DNA from: Cereibacter sphaeroides 2.4.1
GTDB lineage: Bacteria > Pseudomonadota > Alphaproteobacteria > Rhodobacterales > Rhodobacteraceae
DNA: 32,000 nucleotides
Direction: 5' to 3'
Assembly (NCBI RefSeq): GCF_000012905.2
Contig: NC_009008.1
Span: 4,439-36,438, forward strand
The stretch's first letter is position 1. Every line of letters starts with the position of its first letter. Under the pieces are notes generated by a model. That model did no database searches. It was not told the DNA's origin and saw only the letters and a list, made by a program, of their open reading frames with translations. A program made the translations under genes and the position numbers. Shown here piece by piece: positions 8,063-16,765 of this stretch.

Positions 8063-8260
8063 ATGAACCCGCGATGCACGGCAAATCCAGCGCAAGAGCA
8101 CGACAAAGATAGTCTTGCATCAGGCCCGGCTCTGCCGCCGCGCCGCTTTCGGGCCTTTCACCGCTTGAGCGACAGGGAGTTGAAATATCTGGGATTGGAT
8201 CGCCAAAATCTGCCGATCTTCAATCCTGTTCAGGCCATTCGCCGAGACGACCTGTTCTAG
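8063..8260 (+). CDS. DUF1127-like small protein
   Basis: MNPRCTANPAQEHDKDSLASGPALPPRRFRAFHRLSDRELKYLGLDRQNLPIF... The RLSDRELxxxGLxRxxL motif is the DUF1127 signature. ATG 8063 follows GGAGGTGA and is in frame with track ORF 7751..8260. Confidence 0.5.
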   Translation: MNPRCTANPAQEHDKDSLASGPALPPRRFRAFHRLSDRELKYLGLDRQNLPIFNPVQAIRRDDLF

Positions 8261-8686
8261 CGCGATGCGGGCAGGTCTGGCGTATCATGCAAGCAGATCA
8301 GTGTTTGCATCCCCGTGGCGACATGTTTGCGGCGTTCTCCATCAACGCCCCATACATCGAGCTGGCAGATGGTCAGTGTGCGACCATTCTTGATCACGCG
8401 GCCGACAGCCTCGGTAAAATCTCCTTGCGCCGGGCTGATCAGGTTCAGTTTGAACTCGACCGTCAGGACCGTACTGCCTTCGGGGAAGAGGAGGAAATGA
8501 GCGTAACCGCCTGCGCTGTCGGCGATGGCCGATGTTCCGGCGGCATGGAAGTAGCCATGCTGCTGCGTGAGTTCTTGGCGGAACGGGAGACCTCGAGCCG
8601 CTACATGATGGTCGAAGCCTTTGTCCAGATCGACAAGGAGGAGATCGACCCCATTCTAAGCATAGCCACGAAAGCCGCCTGATCAT
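8257..8686 (-). pseudogene. PaaI-family hotdog thioesterase with an apparent 5' frameshift
   Basis: This frame is absent from the ORF track because it has no start codon. It reads GVDLLLVDLDKGFDHHVAARGLPFRQELTQQHGYFHAAGTSAIADSAGGYAHFLLFPEGSTVLTVEFKLNLISPAQGDFTEAVGRVIKNGRTLTICQLDVWGVD, the PaaI/YbgC-like pattern. The only ATG (8686, MIRRLSWLCLEWG) lies in a neighbouring frame, and the two frames meet at a G-run near 8650. Confidence 0.55.
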
Positions 8687-8737
8687 GCCCTCAGGCCATC
8701 CGGATAATCATACCAGCTTGACGGACGTGCCCCCCCG

Positions 8738-9562
8738 TCATTGCCTAGGCCGTTCCCAGGGGGCTCCATCGCCTTTCTCCCTCGGCACCACCAGTGCGCG
8801 ACCGGAGTCCGGGTGAGGCAGCTTCAGCATCGGCAGGTCGTAGATGCGCTGCAGGCGGACGGGCTGCATGATGTCGGCGACAGGGCCGCTGTCGAGGATC
8901 TTGCCGGCCCGCAGCGCCACGAGATCGTCGCAGAAGCGCCCGGCAAGGTTCACGTCGTGCAGCACCATCACCACAGTGAGCCCCTGCCGGCGGTTGAGCC
9001 CGCGAAGGAGCGACAACACCTCGATCTGATGCGCGGGATCGAGCGCGGAGGTGGGCTCGTCCAGGAGGAGGCAACCCGCCCCCTGCGCGAGGAGCATGGC
9101 GATCCGGGCCCGCTGCCGCTCGCCGCCCGAAAGGGTCTCCACGGGGCTTTCGGCCTGGTCGGCGAGGCCTGCCTGGCGCAGGGCGTCCTGCTGGCGGGCG
9201 CGGTCCTCGGCGCCGAAGCGGCCGAAGGCGCCGTGCCAGGGAAAGCGGCCGAGCGCCACCAGCTCGGCGACCGTCAGGCCGGGGACGTGGGGCGGCGTCT
9301 GCGGCAGATGCGCCAGTTGCCGGGCAAAGTCGCTGGCGGCATAGGCGGCCAGAGGTCGACCGCGAAACAGGACTTGCCCGGCGGAGGGCGCGAGCTGCCG
9401 CGTCATCAGGCGCATGAGGGTCGATTTCCCCGAGCCGTTAGGCCCGAGGATGCCGGTCACGGAGCCGCGGGCGATGCGGAGATCCAGCCCCTCAAGGAGT
9501 TGCTGACCGGCGATTTGCACGCTCGCCTGACGGAGGTCGAATTCTGGAGAGCTGTGGGTCAT
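8738..9562 (-). CDS. Iron-siderophore ABC transporter ATP-binding protein (FhuC/FecE-like)
   Basis: MTHSSPEFDLRQASVQIAGQQLLEGLDLRIARGSVTGILGPNGSGKSTLMRL (Walker A)...LSGGERQRARIAMLLAQGAGCLLLDEPTSALD (signature plus Walker B). Only the last 274 aa of the 1435-aa run-on track ORF are real. Confidence 0.9.
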   Translation of the reverse strand: MTHSSPEFDLRQASVQIAGQQLLEGLDLRIARGSVTGILGPNGSGKSTLMRLMTRQLAPSAGQVLFRGRPLAAYAASDFARQLAHLPQTPPHVPGLTVAELVALGRFPWHGAFGRFGAEDRARQQDALRQAGLADQAESPVETLSGGERQRARIAMLLAQGAGCLLLDEPTSALDPAHQIEVLSLLRGLNRRQGLTVVMVLHDVNLAGRFCDDLVALRAGKILDSGPVADIMQPVRLQRIYDLPMLKLPHPDSGRALVVPREKGDGAPWERPRQ

Positions 9563-9609
9563 GGATGTCCTTCGCCGTGACGGGGCAGGGAGCCTTCCGC
9601 TGCGCGGCA

Positions 9610-11547
9610 TCAAGCGGCACGCTTGCGGAGTTGCCAGAGAAAGAAGGGGCCGCCCAGGAGCGCTGCGAGCAGGCCGGGCGAGATTGGCCAAGGCCAGGCC
9701 AGCAGCCCGCCCACCCATTGCGCAAGGACCATGACCGAGGCGCCGGTCGCGACCGAAGCGAGGGCCGCCGGCGCGGTGGCGCGGAACCCCATTGTCGCCA
9801 CGAGATGGGGTACGATCAGGCCGACGAAGCTGATCGGACCGAGGGCGATCGTGCCCGCGGCAGCGGCAAGAGACGCGAGCGCAAGCCCCGCAGCGCGGGC
9901 GGGCGTCACGGCCAGCCCGCGCCCTGCGGCGACCGCCTCGTCGAGCGCGAGCAGGTCGAACCAGCGCCGCAGGAGGAGCGCCACCGCCAGTACCGCGATC
10001 GCCACGCTCCAGGCCAGCAGAGCCTGGGCGAGGCTCGCGCTGCCGGTGGACCCGGAGAACCAGCTGAGGAGCGCTGCGCCTTTCGGCCCGCCCGAGGCCA
10101 GCACCAGCGTCAGAAGCGCCTGCGCCGTGCTGCCGAACCCCACGCCGATCAGCAGCAGACGCGAGGTCGCAAACCGGACCCGCGCGGCCAGCAGCGTCAC
10201 CAGCGCCAGCGTCGCTCCTGCGCCTGTGGCCGTCAGGGCGAAGCGCGAGACGAGCCCGCTTTCCGGCAGGAAGACCATGGCCAGCGCGAAGGCAAGGCCC
10301 GCCCCATGCCCGACGCCGAGGAGGTCGGGGCTCGTCAGCGGGTTGCGCAGGAGGCGCTGGAGCAGAAGGCCCGAGAGCGCAAGACAGGCGCCTGCGCCGG
10401 CCGCGAGCAGCAGCGGCGGCAGGCGCCAGCGCAGGACGGCGGCCAGATCCCTGGCCGTGGTGAGGTGCAGGCCGGCTTCCGAGCGACCGATCAGCAGCGC
10501 GAGGGCGAGCAGGACAGGCACGGCAAGCGCCAAAGGAAGCAGTGCCCGCATCGGACGCCGGGGCCGGGCGAGCGCCGGCGGTTCGGGGCGCGCGGGAAGA
10601 TCCGGGCTTCGCGATCCGAGCGACAGAAAAACGAGAAGCGGTCCAATGAAGAGGCCTGACGCCGCGCCGACCGGGACGTCCCCGGCAAGACCCGAGAGCA
10701 GCCGCGCCGTCTGGTCGGCAAGCAGCAGCAGGACCGCGCCCCAGAGTCCCGCGCGGGGCAGGTCGGGCCGGGAGCGACCCCCAGACCTGCCGCCCAGGCC
10801 GCGGGCGAGCGCGGGGCCCGCGAGCCCCACGAAGCCGATCAGGCCCACCGTCGCCACCACCGAAGCCGTGATCCAGGCCGCGGCGGCGAGCAGCAGGAGC
10901 TTGGTCCGGCGCACGGAGAGGCCGAGGCCCTCTGCGGTCTCCTCGCCCAGCATCAGAAGCTGGAGCGGCCGGTGCATCAGCCACAGCGCCCCCGCCACGG
11001 GGGCGGTCTGCGCGAGAAGGCCGAGGCCGGGTTGCCAGCCGGCCTGCGCCAGCGAGCCGGCCTGCCATGTCAGCAGCTCCTGCAGGAAATCGTGGTTGAA
11101 GAGGACGAGAAGCGCATGGGCGGCCGCGGCGCAGAGATTGACCATCACGCCGGCGAGCACCAGCGCCTGACTGTGCAGGCCGCGGCCCCATGCAACGGCC
11201 AGCACCAGGATCAGCGCCCCCGCGGCTCCGGTCAGGGCAAGGAGCCCCGGCGCGGCCTGCCAGAGAGCCGGAGCCAGCAGCAGCCCTGCGGCCAGTGCCA
11301 GCGAGGCGCCACCCGAGATGCCGAGGAGCCCGGGTTCGGCCAGCGGGTTGGCGAAGATGCGCTGGCAGACCTCGCCCGCCATCGAGAGAAGGAACCCCGC
11401 GAGAAGCGCCATGGCGAGGCGCGGCAGGCTGCTCTGGGTCAGCACGAGCCGGGCGAGCCCGTCGCCCGCCAGCGCCTCGGGCAAGAGGGGCAGCAGACCT
11501 TGCAGCGTGAGCGCGCCGGCGAGGAGAAGGAGAAGCGTGCGCGCCAT
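9610..11547 (-). CDS. Fused double-domain iron-siderophore ABC permease (FhuB-like, two FecCD domains)
   Basis: The 645-aa hydrophobic protein carries two FecCD-type halves (...NPLAEPGLLGISGGASLA... and ...NPLTSPDLLGVGHGAGLA...). Confidence 0.9.
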   Translation of the reverse strand: MARTLLLLLAGALTLQGLLPLLPEALAGDGLARLVLTQSSLPRLAMALLAGFLLSMAGEVCQRIFANPLAEPGLLGISGGASLALAAGLLLAPALWQAAPGLLALTGAAGALILVLAVAWGRGLHSQALVLAGVMVNLCAAAAHALLVLFNHDFLQELLTWQAGSLAQAGWQPGLGLLAQTAPVAGALWLMHRPLQLLMLGEETAEGLGLSVRRTKLLLLAAAAWITASVVATVGLIGFVGLAGPALARGLGGRSGGRSRPDLPRAGLWGAVLLLLADQTARLLSGLAGDVPVGAASGLFIGPLLVFLSLGSRSPDLPARPEPPALARPRRPMRALLPLALAVPVLLALALLIGRSEAGLHLTTARDLAAVLRWRLPPLLLAAGAGACLALSGLLLQRLLRNPLTSPDLLGVGHGAGLAFALAMVFLPESGLVSRFALTATGAGATLALVTLLAARVRFATSRLLLIGVGFGSTAQALLTLVLASGGPKGAALLSWFSGSTGSASLAQALLAWSVAIAVLAVALLLRRWFDLLALDEAVAAGRGLAVTPARAAGLALASLAAAAGTIALGPISFVGLIVPHLVATMGFRATAPAALASVATGASVMVLAQWVGGLLAWPWPISPGLLAALLGGPFFLWQLRKRAA

Positions 11548-11550
11548 GGA

Positions 11551-12414
11551 TCAGCCTTGCATGAGGGCCGCGGCGACCGTTTCGGCCAGATGCCGGGCCG
11601 AGAGCAGCGCGCCCTGCGGATAGAAGCTGCCGATCCAGTGCGCACGCCCCGACGCGACGGCGGGCACCGCGCGCCAGAGGGCGCTCGCCCGCAGCATCCG
11701 CTCGGTCCGCGGCCGCATCGAGGCGATCTCGACCAGCAGGATGGTGGCGTCTTCCAGCCGGATCAGCTCCTCGAGAGAGGCGCGGTAGGTGCCGAGCGCA
11801 GTGACCGGGCCCGTCCAGGCGTTGGCGAGGCCCATCCGCGCCAGCACCGCGTCGGGCAGGCTGCCACGACCGTAGAGGGTGAAGAGCCGCCCCGAGAGGT
11901 CGGGGACGCAGACGAGGACGGAGCCGCGGTCCGCCGGCACACGCCGGTCCTCGGTCGTCAGGACCGCCTCCGTCCCGGCCACAAGCCGTGCAGCGCTGTC
12001 CGGCGCGAGGCCTGCGGTGGCGGCCATCTGGCGCGCGAGATCGGCGGCGAGATCGAGCCGGCTGCCATCCGTCTCGGTCGGCACGATCTCCACCGGGGCG
12101 ATTGCGGCGATGCGCGGCGTCATCATCAGCGCCGAGGCCGGCGCGATGATCCTGTCGGGCGCGAGCCGCGCCAGATATTCGAGGTTGATCTCCCAGAAGG
12201 GCCCGATGTCGACCACGCCCGGCGGCAGGTCGAACGGCATGCGGCTGGCGAAATAGCCGCTGTCCGAGATCGCGAGCGGCGGTCGGTCGAGCGCGATCAG
12301 CGTCTCGGCCGCTGCCCAGTCGATGACGGCCAGCCGTGGGCCGGCCGTCGCCCGCGCAGGGACGGGGAGGGTCAGGGCCACAAGGCCCGCGAGGAGAGGA
12401 CGGCGCGAGATCAT
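11551..12414 (-). CDS. Periplasmic iron-siderophore binding protein (FhuD-like)
   Basis: Signal peptide MISRRPLLAGLVALTLPVPARA is followed by LAVIDWAAAETLIALDRPPLAISD, typical of class III periplasmic binding proteins. The gene is tightly packed between the receptor and permease genes. Confidence 0.85.
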   Translation of the reverse strand: MISRRPLLAGLVALTLPVPARATAGPRLAVIDWAAAETLIALDRPPLAISDSGYFASRMPFDLPPGVVDIGPFWEINLEYLARLAPDRIIAPASALMMTPRIAAIAPVEIVPTETDGSRLDLAADLARQMAATAGLAPDSAARLVAGTEAVLTTEDRRVPADRGSVLVCVPDLSGRLFTLYGRGSLPDAVLARMGLANAWTGPVTALGTYRASLEELIRLEDATILLVEIASMRPRTERMLRASALWRAVPAVASGRAHWIGSFYPQGALLSARHLAETVAAALMQG

Positions 12415-12456
12415 GGGAGGACGACGGAGACGGCGGGCCGCCTCCGTCCGGATCCG

Positions 12457-14832
12457 TCAGAAGCCGATGGCGATCTTGGCCGTGACCATCCGCCGGTCGC
12501 CCTCGTAGCAGGAATAGGCGCTGGCGCAGGTGGTGAAGTACTCCTTGTCCGTCAGGTTCGTCACATTGAGCGCCAGCCGCGCGGTCTCGCTCAGCGCATA
12601 GCTCGCGCCGAGGTCGATCACCGTCCGGCCATCCACCTTGATCGTATTGCCGTTGTCGCCGAAGCTCGTGCCCACATGGCGCAGCCCGCCGCCGAGCGAG
12701 AGGCCGTCCAGCGCGCCCGCGCCGAAGCTGTAGTTCAACCAGAGCGACGCCTGCGACTTCGGCACCAGCGCGGGGCGGTTGCCCTCGTTGCCGGCATTGT
12801 CCTCGGTGATCTCGACATCGCTGTAGCTGTAGTTCGCCGCAATGTCCCAGCCCGAGCCGAGCGAGGCCTTGCCCTCGACCTCGATCCCGCGCGAACGGAT
12901 CTCGCCTGTGGCGATGTTGTAGCCGGTCGAGATGCCGCCCGGCCCCAGTTCGGGCGTGAGCACGTTCGACTTGGTGATGTCGAACAGCGCCACTGTCAGC
13001 AGCGCGTCCGTGCCCGAGGGCTGATACTTCGCTCCCAGCTCCCATTGCTGGCCGCGGGTGGGATCGAAGGTACGGCCGTCCGAGCCGAGGCCCGCGTTCG
13101 GCAGGAAGCTCTCGGAATAGCTGAGGTAGGGGACGAGGCCCGAATCCGTCAGGTAGCTCACCCCCACCCGGCCCGAGAAATTGTCGAGATCGACCTCGCG
13201 CGCGGTTCCGGTCAGGTGGTCGTCGGTTCTGGTGCTGAGCCAGTCCTGACGCCCGCCCAGCGTGAAGAGGAAGCGATCCAGCCGGATTTCGTCCTGAACG
13301 TAGAGACCCGTCTGGCGATACTCTTCGGTGTAGTCATAGGCCACGGTCGTGGGGGTGGGAACGTCCACGCCATAGACGGGCGCATAGGGATCGAGCGAGG
13401 GCGCGGTGCCGTTCCAGCGGCGCGCGTCCGTGTCGCTGCGCGAATGGTCGAGCCCGATCAGCAGCTTGTGCGAGAGCCGCCCGGTCTGGAACTCGCCCAG
13501 GAGGTTGGTGTCGACCGCAAGGCTGTCGAGGCTTTCCGAGAAGCGCCGCGCCTGCCGCGTGAGGCCGGTGGCATCCGCCCCGATCATGGCGATCATGTCG
13601 AGATCGAAGTCCACGCGCCCGTAACGCAGGTTCTGGCGCACCGTCCAGCCATTGTCCATCCGGTGGCTGAACTCGTAGCCCAGCGTCTTCTGGTCCTGCT
13701 CGCTCCGCGAGAAGTTCGGGTCGCCCACGAGGATGTCGGTCGGCGTGAAGAAGATCGCCGTGCCGCCCGAGCGGTCGCGCAGCGCCTGCGCCGTGACGGT
13801 CAGGCTGGTGGCGTCGGTGGGTGCCCAGGTGATCGAGGGCGCCAGCATCAGCCGGTCGTCCTTCATCCGCGTGCCGTCGCCGTAGGAAAATTGCGTGTTC
13901 CCGTCGCGCGCCACGCCGACCAGCCGGTAGGAGAGCGTCTTGTCCTCGGTGAGCGCGCCCCCGAAATCGACCGCCGCCTGCGTCGTGGCGAAGCTGCCGT
14001 AGGAAAGTTCGGCCTCGCGCAGCGGTTCGGTGACCGGCCGCTTCGAGGTCTTGCCGACCACGCCGCCCGCATCGGACTGCCCATAGAGGGCCGAGGACGG
14101 CCCGCGCAGCACTTCGATCGTCTCGAGCTGGTGCGGATCGGTGCGGAAATGGCTGTAGTTCGAGGCGATCTGGCGCAGCCCGTCGAGATAGGCGCTGGAG
14201 GACTGGCCGTTGAAGCCGCGCAGCATGATCCATTCGAAGCCCTTGGGGTCCGGGCCGTAGGTTTCGATGTTGACGCCCGGCACATAGCGCAGCGCCTCGG
14301 TGACCGAGCGGGCGCCCTGCGCCTCCAGCTGGCGCGGGCCGATCACGCTGACCGACTGCGGCACTTCCAGAACGGGCGTGCCGCTCTTGCTGGCCGTGCC
14401 GCTGGCGCCCGCGACGAAGCTCGTGGCCCCGTTGCCGTCGCCCGCCACCCGGATCCGCTCGAGCATCACGCCGGCCGAGCCGTCCGCCGCGCCCGCGGGG
14501 ATGCGCTGGAAGACGTGGATCGTGCCCGCATTGGCGAAGCGCCACGAGAGGCCGGTGCCCGCAAGCAGCGTCTCCATCGCCGCCTCGACGCTCATCGCGC
14601 CCTGCACCGGATTGCCCCGCACCGCCACAGCGCCCTCGTCGGGCATCACGATCGAGAGCCCGGCCACGCGGCCGATGTCATTGACCGCCCGCGTCACGGG
14701 TTTCGCCGGAATGTCGAACCGGTGCGGCACGCCTTGCGCCAGCACGGGGAGCGCCGCTCCGCAGAGAAGCGCGGTCGTCAGCAGCCGGGCCATACGGCCG
14801 GTCCGCCAGGGGAGAAGAGACTGCCCTCGCAT
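12457..14832 (-). CDS. TonB-dependent siderophore receptor/transducer with N-terminal STN signalling domain (FecA/FpvA type)
   Basis: Signal peptide MARLLTTALLCGAALPVLAQG is followed by an STN-like FDIPAKPVTRAVNDIGRVAGLSIVMP...AMSVEAAMETLLAGTGLSWRF, then plug and barrel, ending in the terminal motif ...MVTAKIAIGF. ATG 14832 (SD AAGGA...GGAT) is preferred over the track start 14895, which lies upstream of the candidate promoter. Confidence 0.9.
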   Translation of the reverse strand: MRGQSLLPWRTGRMARLLTTALLCGAALPVLAQGVPHRFDIPAKPVTRAVNDIGRVAGLSIVMPDEGAVAVRGNPVQGAMSVEAAMETLLAGTGLSWRFANAGTIHVFQRIPAGAADGSAGVMLERIRVAGDGNGATSFVAGASGTASKSGTPVLEVPQSVSVIGPRQLEAQGARSVTEALRYVPGVNIETYGPDPKGFEWIMLRGFNGQSSSAYLDGLRQIASNYSHFRTDPHQLETIEVLRGPSSALYGQSDAGGVVGKTSKRPVTEPLREAELSYGSFATTQAAVDFGGALTEDKTLSYRLVGVARDGNTQFSYGDGTRMKDDRLMLAPSITWAPTDATSLTVTAQALRDRSGGTAIFFTPTDILVGDPNFSRSEQDQKTLGYEFSHRMDNGWTVRQNLRYGRVDFDLDMIAMIGADATGLTRQARRFSESLDSLAVDTNLLGEFQTGRLSHKLLIGLDHSRSDTDARRWNGTAPSLDPYAPVYGVDVPTPTTVAYDYTEEYRQTGLYVQDEIRLDRFLFTLGGRQDWLSTRTDDHLTGTAREVDLDNFSGRVGVSYLTDSGLVPYLSYSESFLPNAGLGSDGRTFDPTRGQQWELGAKYQPSGTDALLTVALFDITKSNVLTPELGPGGISTGYNIATGEIRSRGIEVEGKASLGSGWDIAANYSYSDVEITEDNAGNEGNRPALVPKSQASLWLNYSFGAGALDGLSLGGGLRHVGTSFGDNGNTIKVDGRTVIDLGASYALSETARLALNVTNLTDKEYFTTCASAYSCYEGDRRMVTAKIAIGF

Positions 14833-14863
14833 GGAATATCCTTTGTCCTTCGTCACGGTGAGC

Positions 14864-14889
14864 ACGGATGGCGAAGGTTCGGGCTTTCC
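14864..14889 (-). promoter_or_regulatory. Candidate ECF (FecI-type) promoter for the receptor gene
   Basis: The minus strand reads GGAAAG-N17-CGTGCT about 30 nt upstream of ATG 14832. This resembles the GGAAT/TAAAT-N16-17-CGT architecture of iron-starvation ECF promoters. It is a pattern match only. Confidence 0.3.
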
Positions 14890-14962
14890 ATGCACTCATC
14901 AGGTTCACGTCCCGGGGCGGGGATCACTGAACCGACGGGCGCATCTTTTTCTCGGATGGCCC

Positions 14963-15937
14963 CTAGGGGCGCAGGATCCGGACGGATCCGGGCAGGCGGG
15001 TGATGGTCAGCCCCACCGTGTCGCGCAACGACTCGAGCGCCGCCTCGGGATGATCGAGATCGAGGCTGCCGGACACCCGCCTGTCTCCGAGGTCGCGCGA
15101 GGCAATGAGGATGTGCCCCGGCAGATAGCGCTCCAGCGTGGCGACCAGATCGCCGAGCCGCATCCGGTAGAAGGCGAACCTGCCGTCCTGCCAGCCCGAT
15201 GCTTCGGCCAGGTCCACGGCTTCCACGGAAGGCCGACCCGGGCCGTCGACGCTGAACTGCTCGCCCGGGACCAGCGGCTGCTCGACCGGCAGACCGGGAT
15301 AGCGGACGCTCACGCGGCCTTGCCTGAGGACGATCTGGCCGCCGTCCTCCAGCAGCCGGACGTCGAAGACGGTGCCATGCACGGTGACCTCGCCCTTGCC
15401 GAAGCGCACACGGAACGGTCGCGGCGATCTGGTGACCTCGAACGAGGCCGCTCCGCGCAGCAGCCGCAGAAGGCGGTCGGGACCGTCCATGTCGACGCGG
15501 ATCGCGCTGTCCGCGTCGAGGAGCACCCGGCTGCCGTCGGGCAACGAGACGCTGCGGCGCTCGCCCCGGGCGCTCGCGTAATCCGCTCCGAGATCCTGCA
15601 GGAGATGGGGCTGGCGCAGCCAGAGGCCGCCAAGGCCGATCGCCAGGGCCAGCACCGCCACAGTTCCGCCGCGCAGAACGCGCCGCCGCCGGGCGCCCCG
15701 GTCCATCGCCGCCAGATAGACCGAGAGCGCCCCGGCCTCGGCTTCGGCAAGCCGCTCGCCGGGCGCGCGCGTCTCGCCCCAGAGCGCTTCGACCTCGGCC
15801 CAGGCGGCGACATGCGCGGGATCCTCCTCGAGCCAGACCTGCAGTTCGCGCTTCGACAGCGCGCGGCCGCGCAGGCGGACAAAGAGGTCACGGGCTTTCG
15901 CGCGCTGCGGCTCGGTCGGGTGGCGATCCCCAGTCAA
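14963..15937 (-). CDS. FecR-like anti-sigma factor / transmembrane sensor
   Basis: (M)TGDRHPTEPQRAKARDLFVRLRGRALSKRELQVWLEEDPAHVAAWAEVEALW is the anti-sigma N-domain. A single TM helix (VLRGGTVAVLALAIGLGGLWL) follows, then the FecR periplasmic domain (SVSLPDGSRVLLDADSAIRV...). The proposed TTG start overlaps the sigma-factor stop as TTGA. No ATG or GTG start is compatible with an intact N-domain. Confidence 0.8.
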   Translation of the reverse strand: MTGDRHPTEPQRAKARDLFVRLRGRALSKRELQVWLEEDPAHVAAWAEVEALWGETRAPGERLAEAEAGALSVYLAAMDRGARRRRVLRGGTVAVLALAIGLGGLWLRQPHLLQDLGADYASARGERRSVSLPDGSRVLLDADSAIRVDMDGPDRLLRLLRGAASFEVTRSPRPFRVRFGKGEVTVHGTVFDVRLLEDGGQIVLRQGRVSVRYPGLPVEQPLVPGEQFSVDGPGRPSVEAVDLAEASGWQDGRFAFYRMRLGDLVATLERYLPGHILIASRDLGDRRVSGSLDLDHPEAALESLRDTVGLTITRLPGSVRILRP

Positions 15938-16431
15938 GCCCCGACCTCTGCGGCGGCGGCGCAGGCGGCGACGGCCTTGGCCATGTGCTTGGCCACCGCG
16001 CGCTCCGACATGCCGAAAGCTCCGGCGATTTCGGAAAAGCTCCGGCCATGGACGCGGTTGAGCAGGAAGATGTGCCGGGTCTTCTCCGGCAGGGCGAGCA
16101 GAGCCAGATCGATCCGCTGCAGCGCGTCGCGGGCGCCCATCGCGTCTTCCGCCGAGGGCGCATGCAGACCCTCGTCGCGTCGGGCGGCCTCGGCCAGCAG
16201 CCGCGCCCGGGCCTGCTCCGCGCGCAGGTGATCGACGGCCGCGTTGCGCGCGCAGCGACTGAGATAGGCCGCAGGCTCCCCGTTCAGCCGCGTGGCACGC
16301 TCCCACAGACGCAGGAAGATGTCATGGACGATGTCACGCGCGAGGCTCGCGCAGCCGATCCGGCGGGCGATCTGCCGCTCCATCCGCTCGCGTTCCGAGA
16401 CGTAGAGCTGAAGGAGGTGTTCGGACTGCAC
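15934..16431 (-). CDS. ECF sigma-70 factor (FecI-like)
   Basis: Region 2 is ARDIVHDIFLRLWE, and region 4 is LPEKTRHIFLLNRVHGRSFSEIAGAFGMSERAVAKHMAKA. GTG start at 16431, 165 aa. Confidence 0.85.
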   Translation of the reverse strand: MQSEHLLQLYVSERERMERQIARRIGCASLARDIVHDIFLRLWERATRLNGEPAAYLSRCARNAAVDHLRAEQARARLLAEAARRDEGLHAPSAEDAMGARDALQRIDLALLALPEKTRHIFLLNRVHGRSFSEIAGAFGMSERAVAKHMAKAVAACAAAAEVGA

Positions 16432-16765
16432 TGTGCGGGCCTGACTGTGAAGAGACGCGGCACCTTAAGGCCGCATGGAACTCCCGACAATATCGCTCGG
16501 CCATTCTGTCGTGGGCGTCCCGCGTTGCTTCTGCCGCCTGTCGGCAGATCCACTGGTCGGTCAGAACGCTCTGTGTCCCAACGATGGTGGTTAACGCTTC
16601 GGTGCTAACGACCACGCCATATGGGTCTGGAGCCTAAGACGCTCCACAATAAGCGGCGTCTCCGCCACAGCGCGGACGCTCGTTCAGACAGGACTTCGCA
16701 TAGAACCCGAAAGACCACGGTGCCGATCTCAGGGGTGGCCATTCCTGCCTGGGGATGGACAGCGC

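Noticed and set aside
9563-13045. Upstream 1160 aa of the 1435-aa minus-strand track ORF 8738..13045
   Set aside because: Only the last 274 aa (from MTHSSPEF) form the ABC ATPase. The upstream part is an off-frame read-through of the permease, binding-protein and receptor genes.
10972-15003. 1343-aa plus-strand ORF, and similarly 14300..16231 (+), 9565..10659 (+) and 9623..11170 (+)
   Set aside because: These are antisense to the well-supported minus-strand siderophore uptake genes. Their translations are Arg/Gly/Pro/Ala-rich low-complexity text typical of open off-frames in about 70% GC DNA, with no recognisable domains.
16530-16548. Perfect 7-bp inverted repeat TCTGCCG-cctgt-CGGCAGA upstream of the ECF sigma gene, considered as an iron-regulator box or terminator
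   Set aside because: It has no U-run, and I can recall no resemblance to Fur, Irr (ICE) or RirA consensus sequences. Short GC hairpins are frequent in this composition.
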